NCBI GenBank assembly: GCA_047456305.1
Contig: CP179888.1
Span: forward strand, 509,307-573,306
Direction: 5' to 3'
Length of the DNA: 64,000 bases
From: Candidatus Nealsonbacteria bacterium
GTDB lineage: Bacteria; Patescibacteriota; Minisyncoccia; Minisyncoccales; CAZKCU01
The position numbers were made by a program, and so were the translations under genes. Numbering within the stretch: position 1 is the first letter of the stretch; each line of letters begins with the position of its first letter. The notes beneath the pieces were generated by a model, which saw only the letters and a program-made list of their open reading frames with translations, did no database searches and had not been told where the DNA came from. Of this stretch, positions 52,525 to 61,618 are shown piece by piece.

Positions 52525-52935
52525 GTGATAGAAATGATAAGGGGGACTGATTTGGATGGCGTTATGACTTTTCGTGGTCTTTCTAATTTCAATAATAGTA
52601 AATTACCATGGGTATGCGGTCTCTGGTTAATTTTTGTGCCACCAAATAAAAGAATGATTAAACTCTTAAGAAAGTGGAAAGAGAAGGAAGATGAGATTAT
52701 TATTATTTCAAGTAGGCCAAAAAAATTGGAGGGATTAACAAAATGGTGGCTCAAAAGATACCAAATACCCTATGATTATCTTTTTCTTGTAGATAAAGGG
52801 GATGGATTTGAACAGCGAAAATTAGAGATTATCCAAAAAACAGGTATTTTGCTATTTGTTGATGATAATCCAAGGATAGTTAGTTTTTTGCGAAAGTTTG
52901 GCGTTAAAGCCAAATTTCCGGAAGAGGTGTTTTGA
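52525..52935 (+). CDS. HAD-superfamily hydrolase-like protein (possible nucleotidase)
   Basis: 136 aa. GTDLDGVMT (DxDxT-type motif I) and FVDDNPRIV (motif IV). Confidence 0.5.
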   Translation: MIEMIRGTDLDGVMTFRGLSNFNNSKLPWVCGLWLIFVPPNKRMIKLLRKWKEKEDEIIIISSRPKKLEGLTKWWLKRYQIPYDYLFLVDKGDGFEQRKLEIIQKTGILLFVDDNPRIVSFLRKFGVKAKFPEEVF

Positions 52936-53012
52936 TTTTGATAAGAGCTGAATTCTAATCAAGAGCTTGCACCTCTTTCTTTTTTATTTAATAATAGTAA
53001 AATTTAATAAAT

Positions 53013-53390
53013 ATGCCTGGATTTAATTTCAAAAAATTGGCTCCTAATTTTAAATTTGCTTTTTCGGGAATAAAAACAATTATTCGGGAAAAACAGCCGT
53101 TCCGAATTATGATTGTAAGTGCGATTCTGGTAATAGTTGCGATGATTTGTTTTAATCTAACTCTTATTCACAAAATAATTATATTATTTATGATAGTTTT
53201 GGTGTTGTCTTTGGAATTGTTAAATTCAGTAGTTGAAAAAGTTTTAGATTTTGTTTGCCCTCAAAAGAATGGGAAAGTGAAAAAAATTAAGGATATGTCA
53301 GCCGGAGTAGTTCTGATAGCTTCTATTGGAGCGGCTTTAATAGGAATCTTGATATTTTTGCCTTATATTTTGGCGATTTTACTTCGTTAA
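53013..53390 (+). CDS. dgkA: Diacylglycerol/undecaprenol kinase (DgkA family)
   Basis: 125 aa with three TMs. SLELLNSVVEKVLD and IKDMSAGVVLIAS. Confidence 0.85.
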   Translation: MPGFNFKKLAPNFKFAFSGIKTIIREKQPFRIMIVSAILVIVAMICFNLTLIHKIIILFMIVLVLSLELLNSVVEKVLDFVCPQKNGKVKKIKDMSAGVVLIASIGAALIGILIFLPYILAILLR

Positions 53391-53410
53391 AAATCTATAA
53401 AAAGTAGGAT

Positions 53411-53483
53411 GGGCGAGTAGCTCAGTGGTTAGAGCACTGCACTCACATTGCAGGGGTCACAGGTTCAAATCCTGTCTCGCTCA
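53411..53483 (+). tRNA. tRNA-Val (CAC)
   Basis: gggcgag acceptor, anticodon arm ctgca-ctcacat-tgcag, T-arm acagg-ttcaaat-cctgt. Confidence 0.85.
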
Positions 53484-53574
53484 CAAAAAAAGGAAATTCT
53501 AATGGATTTGACAAATCCAAAAAGTTAGGGGGTTGGGCAAAATCTTTTAAAAATGCTAAATTAAAATTAGCATC

Positions 53575-53904
53575 ATGAAAAAATCTTTCGATGAAGAATT
53601 GTATAAAAATAGGTCAATTAATAGCCTGATTCTTTTTAGTATCTATTCTGTAATCGAAAATAAAGAAAAGTGCACTTTTGAAAGATTGGTCAAAGAATGC
53701 TTTACTTTATTCCCGAAGACATTTAGTTTCCCAAAATATCTCCAATGGCCGGATTCTCGGAAGTTAGATAGGCCACTCAGATCCCTTAGGAGAAAAGGAT
53801 TAATTTTGGGTGACCCAAAAACTGCTTTTTCTTTGACTAAATCTGGAAAGAAAATCGTTGAAGAGATAGTCAAAACTTTTAGACAGAGAAAATTATTTAA
53901 GTAA
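53575..53904 (+). CDS. Hypothetical protein (possible winged-helix)
   Basis: 109-aa ORF. No family recognised. Confidence 0.4.
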   Translation: MKKSFDEELYKNRSINSLILFSIYSVIENKEKCTFERLVKECFTLFPKTFSFPKYLQWPDSRKLDRPLRSLRRKGLILGDPKTAFSLTKSGKKIVEEIVKTFRQRKLFK

Positions 53905-53907
53905 GAG

Positions 53908-54285
53908 ATGAACCAGGACGAATTTGAAAAATTAGTTAGCAAAGCTTTACTGATTCTGCCAAAAAAAATTCGCCAGAAAATGGAGAATATAGCAATTTGT
54001 GTTGAAAAAAGACCATCTGAGGAACAATTAAGGAAAACCGGCCTAAGACATGGCGGGTTTTTGTTAGGGCTCTATGAAGGAATTCCTCAGACAGTTTGGG
54101 GTAAGGGATTTGGCGGAAATTTACCAGATAAAATTACTATTTTTCAAGAATCAATTGAAAATTTTGCAACCAGACCAAAAGAAATTAAAGAATTGATTAA
54201 AAACGTTGTTTGGCATGAAATTGCCCATCATTTCGGCTTTAGTGAGAGAGGAATTAAATTACTTGAACAAAAAAGAGGAACCTAA
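53908..54285 (+). CDS. Zincin-like small metallopeptidase family protein
   Basis: 125 aa. VVWHEIAHHFGFSE HExxH motif near the C-terminus. Confidence 0.6.
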   Translation: MNQDEFEKLVSKALLILPKKIRQKMENIAICVEKRPSEEQLRKTGLRHGGFLLGLYEGIPQTVWGKGFGGNLPDKITIFQESIENFATRPKEIKELIKNVVWHEIAHHFGFSERGIKLLEQKRGT

Positions 54286-54335
54286 GTATTTTTTTTGGCT
54301 TTGCTTCTTACTTTTAGTTAAATCTGAAATAAATT

Positions 54336-55187
54336 ATGAGTAAAGTAAGTAAAGTAAAATTTGAAAATAATTTAAAAGAAACGATTTTGAAGGCAGTGGA
54401 TTTAATCGGTGGTTTTAGCAAGTTTATCAATACCGGTGATGTAGTTTTTTTAAAACCCAATTTTAATACTGCTGATCCTTTTCCGGCATCTTCTGATCCA
54501 GAATTTTTAAAACAGGTAGTGGAATTAACTTACGATTACGGGGCTAAAACTGTAATAGTTGGAGATTCTTCTACATATACTTTGAATACCCGAAAGGTGA
54601 TGGAAAAACTTAAAATTTTTGATCTCCAAAATATGGAACGGCCTCCAAGGATTTATGTTTTTGAAGAACGCGGATGGATTAAAAAAGAAATCCCCAACGC
54701 CAAGTATTTAAAAAGTGTCACTGTGCCCGAGATTTTAGACAGAGCCGATAAATTAATATTACTTCCTTGTTTGAAAACTCATTCCCAGGCCCAGTTTACC
54801 GGAAGTTTAAAACTTTCTGTTGGTTTTGTAAGATCATTAGAGCGAGTTCGTCTTCATTCCTATTATTTGTTAAAAAATTTTCAGAGAAAAATCGCGGAGC
54901 TAAACAAAATAATTAATCCAAGTTTAATTATTATGGATGGCCGTAAGTGTTTTATTAATGAGGGACCGGCAAAAGGTGAGATTCGTGAACCAAATGTTAT
55001 CTTAGCTTCCACAGACCGGGTGGCTATTGATGTTGAAGGGATAAAAATAATCCAAAGTTTTAAGAGAAATTCTCTCAGGAACCTTAATCCCTGGGAAATT
55101 CCCCAAATACAGGCCGCAGTTGAGTTTAATCTCGGCGCTAAAAATGAAAAAGATTACCAGGTTTTGTCTGAAGATAATGAAATGTAA
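54336..55187 (+). CDS. DUF362-like protein
   Basis: 283 aa. GDVVFLKPNFNTADPFPASSDPEFL and LLPCLKTHSQAQFTGSLK resemble DUF362 family patterns (from memory). Confidence 0.55.
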   Translation: MSKVSKVKFENNLKETILKAVDLIGGFSKFINTGDVVFLKPNFNTADPFPASSDPEFLKQVVELTYDYGAKTVIVGDSSTYTLNTRKVMEKLKIFDLQNMERPPRIYVFEERGWIKKEIPNAKYLKSVTVPEILDRADKLILLPCLKTHSQAQFTGSLKLSVGFVRSLERVRLHSYYLLKNFQRKIAELNKIINPSLIIMDGRKCFINEGPAKGEIREPNVILASTDRVAIDVEGIKIIQSFKRNSLRNLNPWEIPQIQAAVEFNLGAKNEKDYQVLSEDNEM

Positions 55188-55561
55188 AAAAGTAATCTTG
55201 ATCGCACAAGATGAGATACATTGGTAACACCCCTAAAATGCCAAGAATTGGTAGAATTAAGGGTAGAAAAGGTCCTTTAGCAAAAAATGAAAATGGAAAT
55301 AGAAAACGATGGAAAAAATAAAGGGCTAAGTTTAAATTATTTTAAAAGGAAGAAAGCGAAAATAACTTATTCTAAAGAGGATCATTTAATCCTCTTTTTA
55401 TTTATTAAAAGTTTAAAAGAGAAAAACAAGTTAAATTCATTTGCCTTAAAAAATTTGACAAATATCTTAAATTAAGCTATAGAAAATATAGTAGCTTACC
55501 AACTAAATAATAGTTGTAAAGACTGTAAGGAAAGAAAAGGAAGAATAAGAGGTGATAAGAG

Positions 55562-56380
55562 ATGATAAAGAAATCAATAAAAGTGATTATGATTTTAGGA
55601 GTGATTTTGATTTTTCTGAACGGAATAATAATAGGTTGCGAATCAGAACCATCAGAACCAGAGGAAGTGTCAAAACCAGAGGAAGTGTCAGAACCATCAG
55701 AACCAGAGGAAGTGTCAAAACCAGAAGTTCTAGAAAATGAGTATTCCTTGAATCTGATTATTAATGGTCAAGGAGTAACCGATCCTGCTTCTGGTACCTG
55801 TGATTATCAAGAAGGAATAGTAGTAACCATCACAGCCATCCCTGATTCAGGTTGGAAGTTTAGTCAATGGAATGGCGATGTCACTGGGTCTGATAACCCG
55901 ATCATCATTACCATGGATTCTGATAAGGAATTAAGCGTTATCTTTGAGCCTTATTCTAAAGTTTTAGAAAATAAAACTATAGCTAACTTAAATGATACTG
56001 AAGCTATGGTACTTTCTTTAATAAATAATATAAGAGTTCAAAATGGCCTGGAGGTGCTTTATCCAGATAAGATGCTAACTGATATAGCCAGAGAAAGAAG
56101 CAATGATATGATAGAAAGAGATTACTTTTCTCACCACACACCAGATGGAAAAGATCTATTTGATATATTAGAAGGCTATGGTGTTAGATATATAAATATT
56201 GGAGAGAATTTAGCACAATCTAAGCCTGCATCTATAGGAAGTCCAGAAAATTTTGTAAATTTCTGGATGGATAGTCCGTCACATAGGGCAAATATTTTAA
56301 GAGATAACTATGGAAAAATTGGTATTGGTCTTGTAGATAGCGGAGACAGAAGAGTTTTAACTGTAGTATTTATGAATTAA
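55562..56380 (+). CDS. Lipoprotein with PEEVS tandem repeats, a bacterial Ig-like repeat and a CAP/SCP (YkwD-like) domain
   Basis: 272 aa. Lipobox LNGIIIGC. (S)EPEEVSKPEEVSEP repeats. SGWKFSQWNGDVTG repeat domain. CAP motifs YFSHHTPDG and FWMDSPSHRANIL. Confidence 0.75.
   Translation: MIKKSIKVIMILGVILIFLNGIIIGCESEPSEPEEVSKPEEVSEPSEPEEVSKPEVLENEYSLNLIINGQGVTDPASGTCDYQEGIVVTITAIPDSGWKFSQWNGDVTGSDNPIIITMDSDKELSVIFEPYSKVLENKTIANLNDTEAMVLSLINNIRVQNGLEVLYPDKMLTDIARERSNDMIERDYFSHHTPDGKDLFDILEGYGVRYINIGENLAQSKPASIGSPENFVNFWMDSPSHRANILRDNYGKIGIGLVDSGDRRVLTVVFMN
55643..55727 (+). repeat. In-frame tandem repeat (ccagaggaagtgtca-type units)
   Basis: tcagaaccatcagaaccagaggaagtgtcaaaa repeated, encoding SEPSEPEEVSKPEEVSEPSEPEEVSKPE. 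Confidence 0.85.
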
Positions 56381-56432
56381 CTTTATAGAGGCTCGTTAAC
56401 AGGGATTAAATAAAAATAAGTAGCGCTTGATA

Positions 56433-56467
56433 AATAGCCTAGACTTTAAAATCTGGGCTATTTTTTT
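56433..56467 (+). terminator. Intrinsic terminator
   Basis: atagcctaga ... tctgggctat stem followed by a T-run. Confidence 0.45.
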
Positions 56468-56659
56468 CTAAAATAAGAAAAAGTTTATAATTTTTGACTT
56501 CCTAATAATTTTTTGATAATCTATAGTTAAGACACTTTAAGGGGATAGCAAGGTTAAAAAAGGTCGCAGGAATAATTAGGGAATAAATAAAGCTATGGAA
56601 TCCCGTTAGAAATTTTATTTGACAAAATTTTTAATAGGGTTCCTAAGATTTCTAACGGG

Positions 56660-56869
56660 ATGGAACAATTTTTAGCCCAAAATCAGTGGATTATTTTATT
56701 GGCTGTTCTTTGGGTTTTACCGTGGAAAGGTGTGGCTCTTTGGCGAGCAGCCAGAAATAGTCATAAGGGTTGGTTTGTAGCAATACTTGTAATTAATACG
56801 ATGGCTATCTTGGAGATAATTTACATTTTCTTTTTTAGTAAGAAAAAGCAGCCCAAAGAACAAGTTTAA
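56660..56869 (+). CDS. Small two-TM membrane protein
   Basis: 69-aa ORF with two hydrophobic helices and a KKKQPKEQV tail. Confidence 0.45.
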   Translation: MEQFLAQNQWIILLAVLWVLPWKGVALWRAARNSHKGWFVAILVINTMAILEIIYIFFFSKKKQPKEQV

Positions 56870-56926
56870 TTTCAATTTTAGCTAATGTTTAACTTACGAT
56901 GTTAAACATCAAATGATAAAAATATC

Positions 56927-57442
56927 ATGGAAGTATTTGAAGCCATTAAAATTAGGCGGAGTGTTAGGAGTTATAAAGCAGAGGCGGTACCGGAGGGAAA
57001 GTTGAAGAAAGTACTGGAGGCTGCCAGATTGGCTCCTTCTGCTCATAATGAACAAGAATGGAAATTTGTAGTAGTCAGAGATGCCCAAAAAAGAAAAGAA
57101 TTAGCTGAAGCTGCTTTAAATCAGAATTTCATCGCCGAGGCCCCGGTAGTAATTGTTGCTGTTGCCTTGGACCCAGACCATATTATGAGTTCTGGCGTCC
57201 CTGCTTTCGCAGTTGATTTAGCGATTGCCGTGGACCATATGACTTTGAAGGCAACTGAAGAGGGATTAGGGACCTGCTGGATTGGAGCTTTTTCTCAAGA
57301 AAAAGTAAAGAAAGTGTTAGAAATTCCAGAAAGATACAAAGTGGTAGTTTTGTTGCCTCTTGGTTTTCCCGCAGATACACCTGAACCAAAATCAAGGAAG
57401 AATATAGAGGAGATAGTTTGCTATGAAAATTTCTCTGACTGA
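56927..57442 (+). CDS. Nitroreductase family protein
   Basis: 171 aa. IKIRRSVRSY, LAPSAHNEQEWKFVVV and GLGTCWIGAF. Confidence 0.85.
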   Translation: MEVFEAIKIRRSVRSYKAEAVPEGKLKKVLEAARLAPSAHNEQEWKFVVVRDAQKRKELAEAALNQNFIAEAPVVIVAVALDPDHIMSSGVPAFAVDLAIAVDHMTLKATEEGLGTCWIGAFSQEKVKKVLEIPERYKVVVLLPLGFPADTPEPKSRKNIEEIVCYENFSD

Positions 57443-57770
57443 TAAAGAAATCGTTTGGACAAAGCATGCTAAAGAGAAAATGCGCTATTATAGACTTTCA
57501 AAAAAGCGGATTTTACGGGTTTTACGACATCCTGAAAGAAAAGAAGTTGGTGTGGCACCAGAAACAATTGCCGTTATGCAATCTGCTGGAACAAAGAAAC
57601 ATCCAACCGAAATCTGGCTGATGTACCAGATTGTTAAGTTAAAAGATAAAAGTCAAAAGTTAAAAATAATTACTGCCTGGCGGTATCCCGGGATAAGCCC
57701 TTTACGGAAGCCACCACCTATACCAGATGACATTCTTCAGGACTTGGATTATATAATTTCAAGTTTATGA
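57423..57770 (+). CDS. Hypothetical protein
   Basis: 115-aa ORF overlapping the nitroreductase end by 20 nt. WTKHAKEKMRYYRLS is weakly reminiscent of DUF4258-type small toxins, but this is not established. Confidence 0.4.
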   Translation: MKISLTDKEIVWTKHAKEKMRYYRLSKKRILRVLRHPERKEVGVAPETIAVMQSAGTKKHPTEIWLMYQIVKLKDKSQKLKIITAWRYPGISPLRKPPPIPDDILQDLDYIISSL

Positions 57771-57892
57771 TCCAGAAAGGGACCTGGTTGGACTTTTGCC
57801 TGACATTGATTATGATAAGAATAATAGTATAAAAGATGAAATAGAATTTGAGTTAAAAAGGTCGAGACAATTTATTTTTTAAATTTCATAAT

Positions 57893-58648
57893 ATGCAAGA
57901 AAATATTTCTCTAAAAATTATTCCTAAAGAGTTAAAATGGGTTTTATTAGTACTTCTCTCAATTTTTCTTTTGGTTTTAACTATTTCTGAGGGATTAGAA
58001 ATTAAAGATAAATTAAAAAGTAAAGAAACAATTACTTTTTCTGGCCAAGGAAAATCAATAGGAGTTCCTGATATAGCCTCAATTACTCTTTCAGTTATCA
58101 CTGAGAAAATAACTGCCAAAGAGACAATGACTGAAAATGCAAAAATAACCAATGAAGTCATTAAATTTGTTAAAGAATCAGGAATCGACGAAAAAGATGT
58201 AAAGACCCAATCTTTTACTCTTTCTCCTCGCTATGATTGGGTAAAGGGAAAAAGAATCTTCAGGGGTTATCAACTTACTTCTACTCTGGCGGTAAAAATT
58301 AGGGAACTGGAGAAAATCAGTGATATAATTGATGGGGCAGTTTCAAGAGGAGCAAATCAAGTAGGAGACATTCAATTTGTTATTGATGATCCAGAAAAAT
58401 TGAAAGAAGAAGCGAGAAACAAAGCCATTGAGAATGCTAGAGAAAAAGCTCAGAGCATTGCTAAAACTACTGGTTTGAAACTGGGGAAAATTGTTTCTTT
58501 TTCCGAAGCTGTTATCCCTGAAGATTACCCCAGACCTTATTCCCTTGAGATGAAAGAAGAAGCGCTAGGAGGAGGGCCTTCTCCGGAGATTGAAAAAGGA
58601 AGCCAGGAAATTGAAGTAAGCGTTTCTTTAACTTTTGAATTGAAATAA
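57893..58648 (+). CDS. SIMPL-domain (DUF541) protein
   Basis: 251 aa. N-terminal TM, then GVPDIASITLSV, RGYQLTSTLAVKI and ARNKAIENAREKAQSIA. Confidence 0.8.
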   Translation: MQENISLKIIPKELKWVLLVLLSIFLLVLTISEGLEIKDKLKSKETITFSGQGKSIGVPDIASITLSVITEKITAKETMTENAKITNEVIKFVKESGIDEKDVKTQSFTLSPRYDWVKGKRIFRGYQLTSTLAVKIRELEKISDIIDGAVSRGANQVGDIQFVIDDPEKLKEEARNKAIENAREKAQSIAKTTGLKLGKIVSFSEAVIPEDYPRPYSLEMKEEALGGGPSPEIEKGSQEIEVSVSLTFELK

Positions 58649-58651
58649 ATT

Positions 58652-58978
58652 ATGTATACATTAATTCTCATTGCTGGCTTTGGCGGAGGAGCGATAAGAG
58701 GTTTGGTTGGTTTTATTAAACACCAGTATTCTTATAAAAATGTTGGTTTCCATTTGCCTTATTTTTTTGCGATGATGTTTCTTTCTGGTATTATTGGTCT
58801 TTTAACCGCTGTTTCCATAAAGGAATTAGGGATGACTTTTTTGGGTGTAGATTCTATTTCTCCAGTTTTAGCTCTTATTGTCGGTTATGCCGGAGGCGAC
58901 TTTATTGAAAATATCTATAAAATCATTGTTAAGAAACCCTCTCTTTATTCTTTACCAGAAAATCTGAAAAAAGGGTAA
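58652..58978 (+). CDS. Hypothetical membrane protein
   Basis: 108-aa ORF with three hydrophobic helices. Confidence 0.45.
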   Translation: MYTLILIAGFGGGAIRGLVGFIKHQYSYKNVGFHLPYFFAMMFLSGIIGLLTAVSIKELGMTFLGVDSISPVLALIVGYAGGDFIENIYKIIVKKPSLYSLPENLKKG

Positions 58979-59204
58979 AAGTCGTAGCATAATATTTACG
59001 ATAACAATTATTGTTGATTTAGTTTGAGAAAACTTGATGTAAAAATTTAAAATATTTTTAAAGGTCCAACCTAATAAATTATAATAATTAAAAAATATGA
59101 GCAAATTTGATTATTTAACAGTAATAATTTTCATTTTTTTGCTTTCTATGTATTTATTGAACTATTTTCCCGGCTAATTATAATTATTTTTAAAAAGCAA
59201 ATCA

Positions 59205-59237
59205 AAAAGCGTCCCGCTGGAAGCGGGACGCTTTTTT
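59205..59237. terminator. Bidirectional intrinsic terminator
   Basis: aaaagcgtcccgc-tggaa-gcgggacgctttt, an A-run/T-run flanked perfect 9-bp GC-rich stem. Confidence 0.65.
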
Positions 59238-59247
59238 AGTTATAACT

Positions 59248-59376
59248 TTATTCTATATTTTCCCAGCCTTTACCTTCTTCCTCTGGCGTTTCTGGTTCTT
59301 CTTCGTCTTCATCAATATCAAGATCTTCATCAACATCTTCAGAGGTGAAAGGAGTGAACAATTTATCGTAAACCAT
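59248..59376 (-). CDS. Possible small acidic protein (42 aa)
   Basis: MVYDKLFTPFTSEDVDEDLDIDEDEEEPETPEEEGKGWENIE*. Ends at the bidirectional terminator. Below the ORF-track cutoff. Confidence 0.3.
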   Translation of the reverse strand: MVYDKLFTPFTSEDVDEDLDIDEDEEEPETPEEEGKGWENIE

Positions 59377-59399
59377 AAATATTAAACCCTTTACCCTCA

Positions 59400-59453
59400 G
59401 GCGAAGAGAACTTCGTTCTCTTCTTCACCTTCGCTTCCTTCGGAAGCTCGGTA
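59400..59453 (+). repeat. Nested-hairpin mini-element (intergenic, forward)
   Basis: ggcgaagagaac-ttc-gttctcttc-ttcaccttcgc-ttcc-ttcg-ggaa-gctcggta. Confidence 0.85.
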
Positions 59454-59635
59454 ACTAAAGAAGTTAAGGGAAAGCAGGTTTTAATTCCCTCTCTACAAAA
59501 AAGGGGAATTATTACGACCTTTTTTTATTAATATCATTATAAATAGCCAAAAACACCTGTCAAGCCCCCACACTTATGCATAGGTGTGGGGGGTCAAGCC
59601 CCAGAAATTAACAATTAAAGGCATGGAAAAGGCTC

Positions 59636-59664
59636 TTGACAAGAGTTCTTTGGTCTGTTAAACT
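59636..59664 (+). promoter_or_regulatory. Promoter C (TTGACAAGA -35, TAAACT -10), paralogous to promoters A and B
   Basis: TTGACA (59636-59641), 17-nt spacer agagttctttggtctgt, TAAACT (59659-59664). The downstream leader shares aaggca..ga.aa..acttccaa.ttttt with 44621-44647. Confidence 0.4.
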
Positions 59665-59861
59665 CTCTGTATTGGAGATTGGAGGGCTTGTTGCCAAAGC
59701 TTTGGCTAAGGCAGCAGGAAAACAAACTTCCAATTTTTTAGTTCTTTGTTATTTCAAGAAGGAAAGAGATTGAGAGTAAAGGAGAGTAAGGAAAAAATGA
59801 CAGTAAGGAAAGACTTACGTAATTTAGTAAAAGAGAAAAAGAAAAACAGAAGGAGAAAAAA

Positions 59862-60737
59862 ATGAAGAAGCATTGGAAAAAGTTTGTTGTTCTCGCAGTA
59901 GTTATAGCTGTGGTAGCTATGCTTATACTACCCGGTTCTTTGTCTGCTTATGATTGGCCTAATATTACAGTGACAAAAACCGCTGATAAAACATCTGTGG
60001 AGGTAGGAGAAGAAATAACCTATACCTACAAAGTATATAATGGTTATGCTAACTCCTTATACGGAGTCGCACTTGTTGATAGTGAACTTGGTGTTGTCAA
60101 TTTAGGAGGTTTAACTGCTGGTGGTGACCTTAATCCAGGAGCTACAGCTACAGGAACTCTTAAATTTACACCCATGGTAGGTGACATAGGTGACATAGTT
60201 AATACAGCTGAGCTAACTGGTACTATAAGCAATGTTGGTCTTAGAACGACTAGTAGCGAAGTAACTGTTGAAGTTACAGTAGTTCCTGTCCACCAACATA
60301 TAGTAAAATATAATACTAGTGGTGGAACAGGAACTGTACCCGTTGATACTAATTATTGGGTTGGTGACTCTGTAACAGTTACGGAAAATGTCATCACTCG
60401 AGACGGGTGTATTTTTGCGGGTTGGAATAGTGGAAGTAATATTTATTTTGGTGGTGAAACGTTTACAATGCCAGATGGAGATGTTACTTTAACAGCACAG
60501 TGGGACGCTAAAGGTGAAAAAGGTGATACTGGTGATACAGGTCCTGAAGGTAAAGAAGGTCCTGAAGGTCCTGAAGGTCCTGAAGGTGGTACAGGTGGAA
60601 CTGGTGCTGAAGGGGCTGAAGGTGCTGAAGGTGGAACTGGTTCTACAGGTTCACGAGGTCCACAAGGAAGAGCTGGTAAAGACGTTGTAAGGATGTTTTC
60701 ACAAAAGACGGTGGAAATGAAGACCCATGGAGTCTAA
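59862..60737 (+). CDS. Secreted DUF11-like / Listeria-Bacteroides-repeat / collagen-like protein (probably the 5' part of a disrupted TasA-family gene)
   Basis: 291 aa. Signal ...LPGSLSAYDW. ITVTKTADKTSVEVGEEITYTYKVYN (DUF11-like). IFAGWNSGSNIYFGGETFTMPDGDVTLTAQW. 19 Gly-X-Y triplets at 60513-60683. Confidence 0.7.
   Translation: MKKHWKKFVVLAVVIAVVAMLILPGSLSAYDWPNITVTKTADKTSVEVGEEITYTYKVYNGYANSLYGVALVDSELGVVNLGGLTAGGDLNPGATATGTLKFTPMVGDIGDIVNTAELTGTISNVGLRTTSSEVTVEVTVVPVHQHIVKYNTSGGTGTVPVDTNYWVGDSVTVTENVITRDGCIFAGWNSGSNIYFGGETFTMPDGDVTLTAQWDAKGEKGDTGDTGPEGKEGPEGPEGPEGGTGGTGAEGAEGAEGGTGSTGSRGPQGRAGKDVVRMFSQKTVEMKTHGV
60513..60683 (+). repeat. Collagen-like Gly-X-Y repeat region (19 triplets)
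   Basis: GEKGDTGDTGPEGKEGPEGPEGPEGGTGGTGAEGAEGAEGGTGSTGSRGPQGRAGKD, with ggtcctgaa and ggtgctgaa tandem 9-mers. Confidence 0.9.
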
Positions 60738-60978
60738 CTTCTGAAGTAGTTGATAAGTATATGTTAGAATCTACTACGTATGCAGGTAAGACAACTCACA
60801 TTATAGTTGAAATCGTGTTTATGGTAGAACAAGCAGACGGGTCACTAGTGTTTATGGCTAAATAGTCATCAGGTTCAAAGTTTACTTCGAATAGCCTTTG
60901 TCCGCGAACGGTAACAAAGGTCAAGGTGATGCCTTAACTCTCGACATCACCTTCTTCCTGAACCAGGAACCCTGGTAA
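60680..60978 (+). pseudogene. Frame-shifted 3' remnant encoding the TasA C-terminal strands
   Basis: Frame 2 (60680-60865) reads ...GKTTHIIVEIVFMVEQADGSLVF. Frame 1 (60895-60978) reads NGNKGQGDALTLDITFFLNQEPW*, matching TasA NKYQGNSIKLQFSFEATQW. Joining these to the 59862 ORF needs about 3 frameshifts. Confidence 0.45.
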
Positions 60979-61219
60979 CCTTTTCCCCAAACTAAAACTC
61001 TCAGTTTCTTTCCTTGTCCTCCGAAGCTCCACAAGAGCGAAAGAGGACAAAAGCCCTTAATGATGATTTTTCATCAATAGGGTAAAGCCACCTAAGTTTC
61101 TTCGAAATTTTGGCGGCTAAAGCCCAAGTTTCAAAAAACTTGGGCTTATTCTTTATTTTAGATTGATTTAATTTTTTACTGATTTTGTTTTCCGATGGAG
61201 ATATTATATAATAAAGTCG

Positions 61220-61618
61220 ATGCAAGAAATAGGCCAAAAACAAAATATATTCTGGCAATGGCTCTCTTGGCATTTTTTTGAGGTGCCAAGAGCTATTTTA
61301 AGAGCCTGGAAAAACTTTCTTTTATTTAATTTAAATTATTTCTCTGTTCCCATTCTTTTTAAAACCTTCTTTTCTTACTGGCGAAAATATAAATGGTCTT
61401 ATGGCAGGGGATTTGATTTGAGAAGGTATTTTGAGGCCTTCACTTTTAATCTGATTTCCAGAATTTTGGGAGCAATTGTTAGAAGTATTTTAATATTTAT
61501 CGGTATTAATGTTGAGATTTTTATATTTATTGGGGGAATGGTAATATTTGTTGGATGGTTTTTATTACCAGTTCTTTTAATTATTGGTCTTTTTTATGGT
61601 TTCAAAATTTTACTTTAA
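61220..61618 (+). CDS. Hypothetical membrane protein
   Basis: 132-aa ORF with three hydrophobic helices. Overlaps the Clp-like gene start by 23 nt. Confidence 0.45.
   Translation: MQEIGQKQNIFWQWLSWHFFEVPRAILRAWKNFLLFNLNYFSVPILFKTFFSYWRKYKWSYGRGFDLRRYFEAFTFNLISRILGAIVRSILIFIGINVEIFIFIGGMVIFVGWFLLPVLLIIGLFYGFKILL

Noticed and set aside
56600-56661. Inverted repeats as the ends of an invertible promoter (a phase-variation switch).
   Set aside because: The bracketed segment is only 34 bp and no invertase or recombinase gene is nearby. A simple operator or RNA hairpin is more plausible.
55643-60683. Tandem repeats at 55643-55727 and 60513-60683 as possible CRISPR or other non-coding arrays.
   Set aside because: Both are in-frame protein repeats (PEEVS units and collagen-like G-X-Y) with no spacer-repeat organisation. 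No cas genes are in the window.
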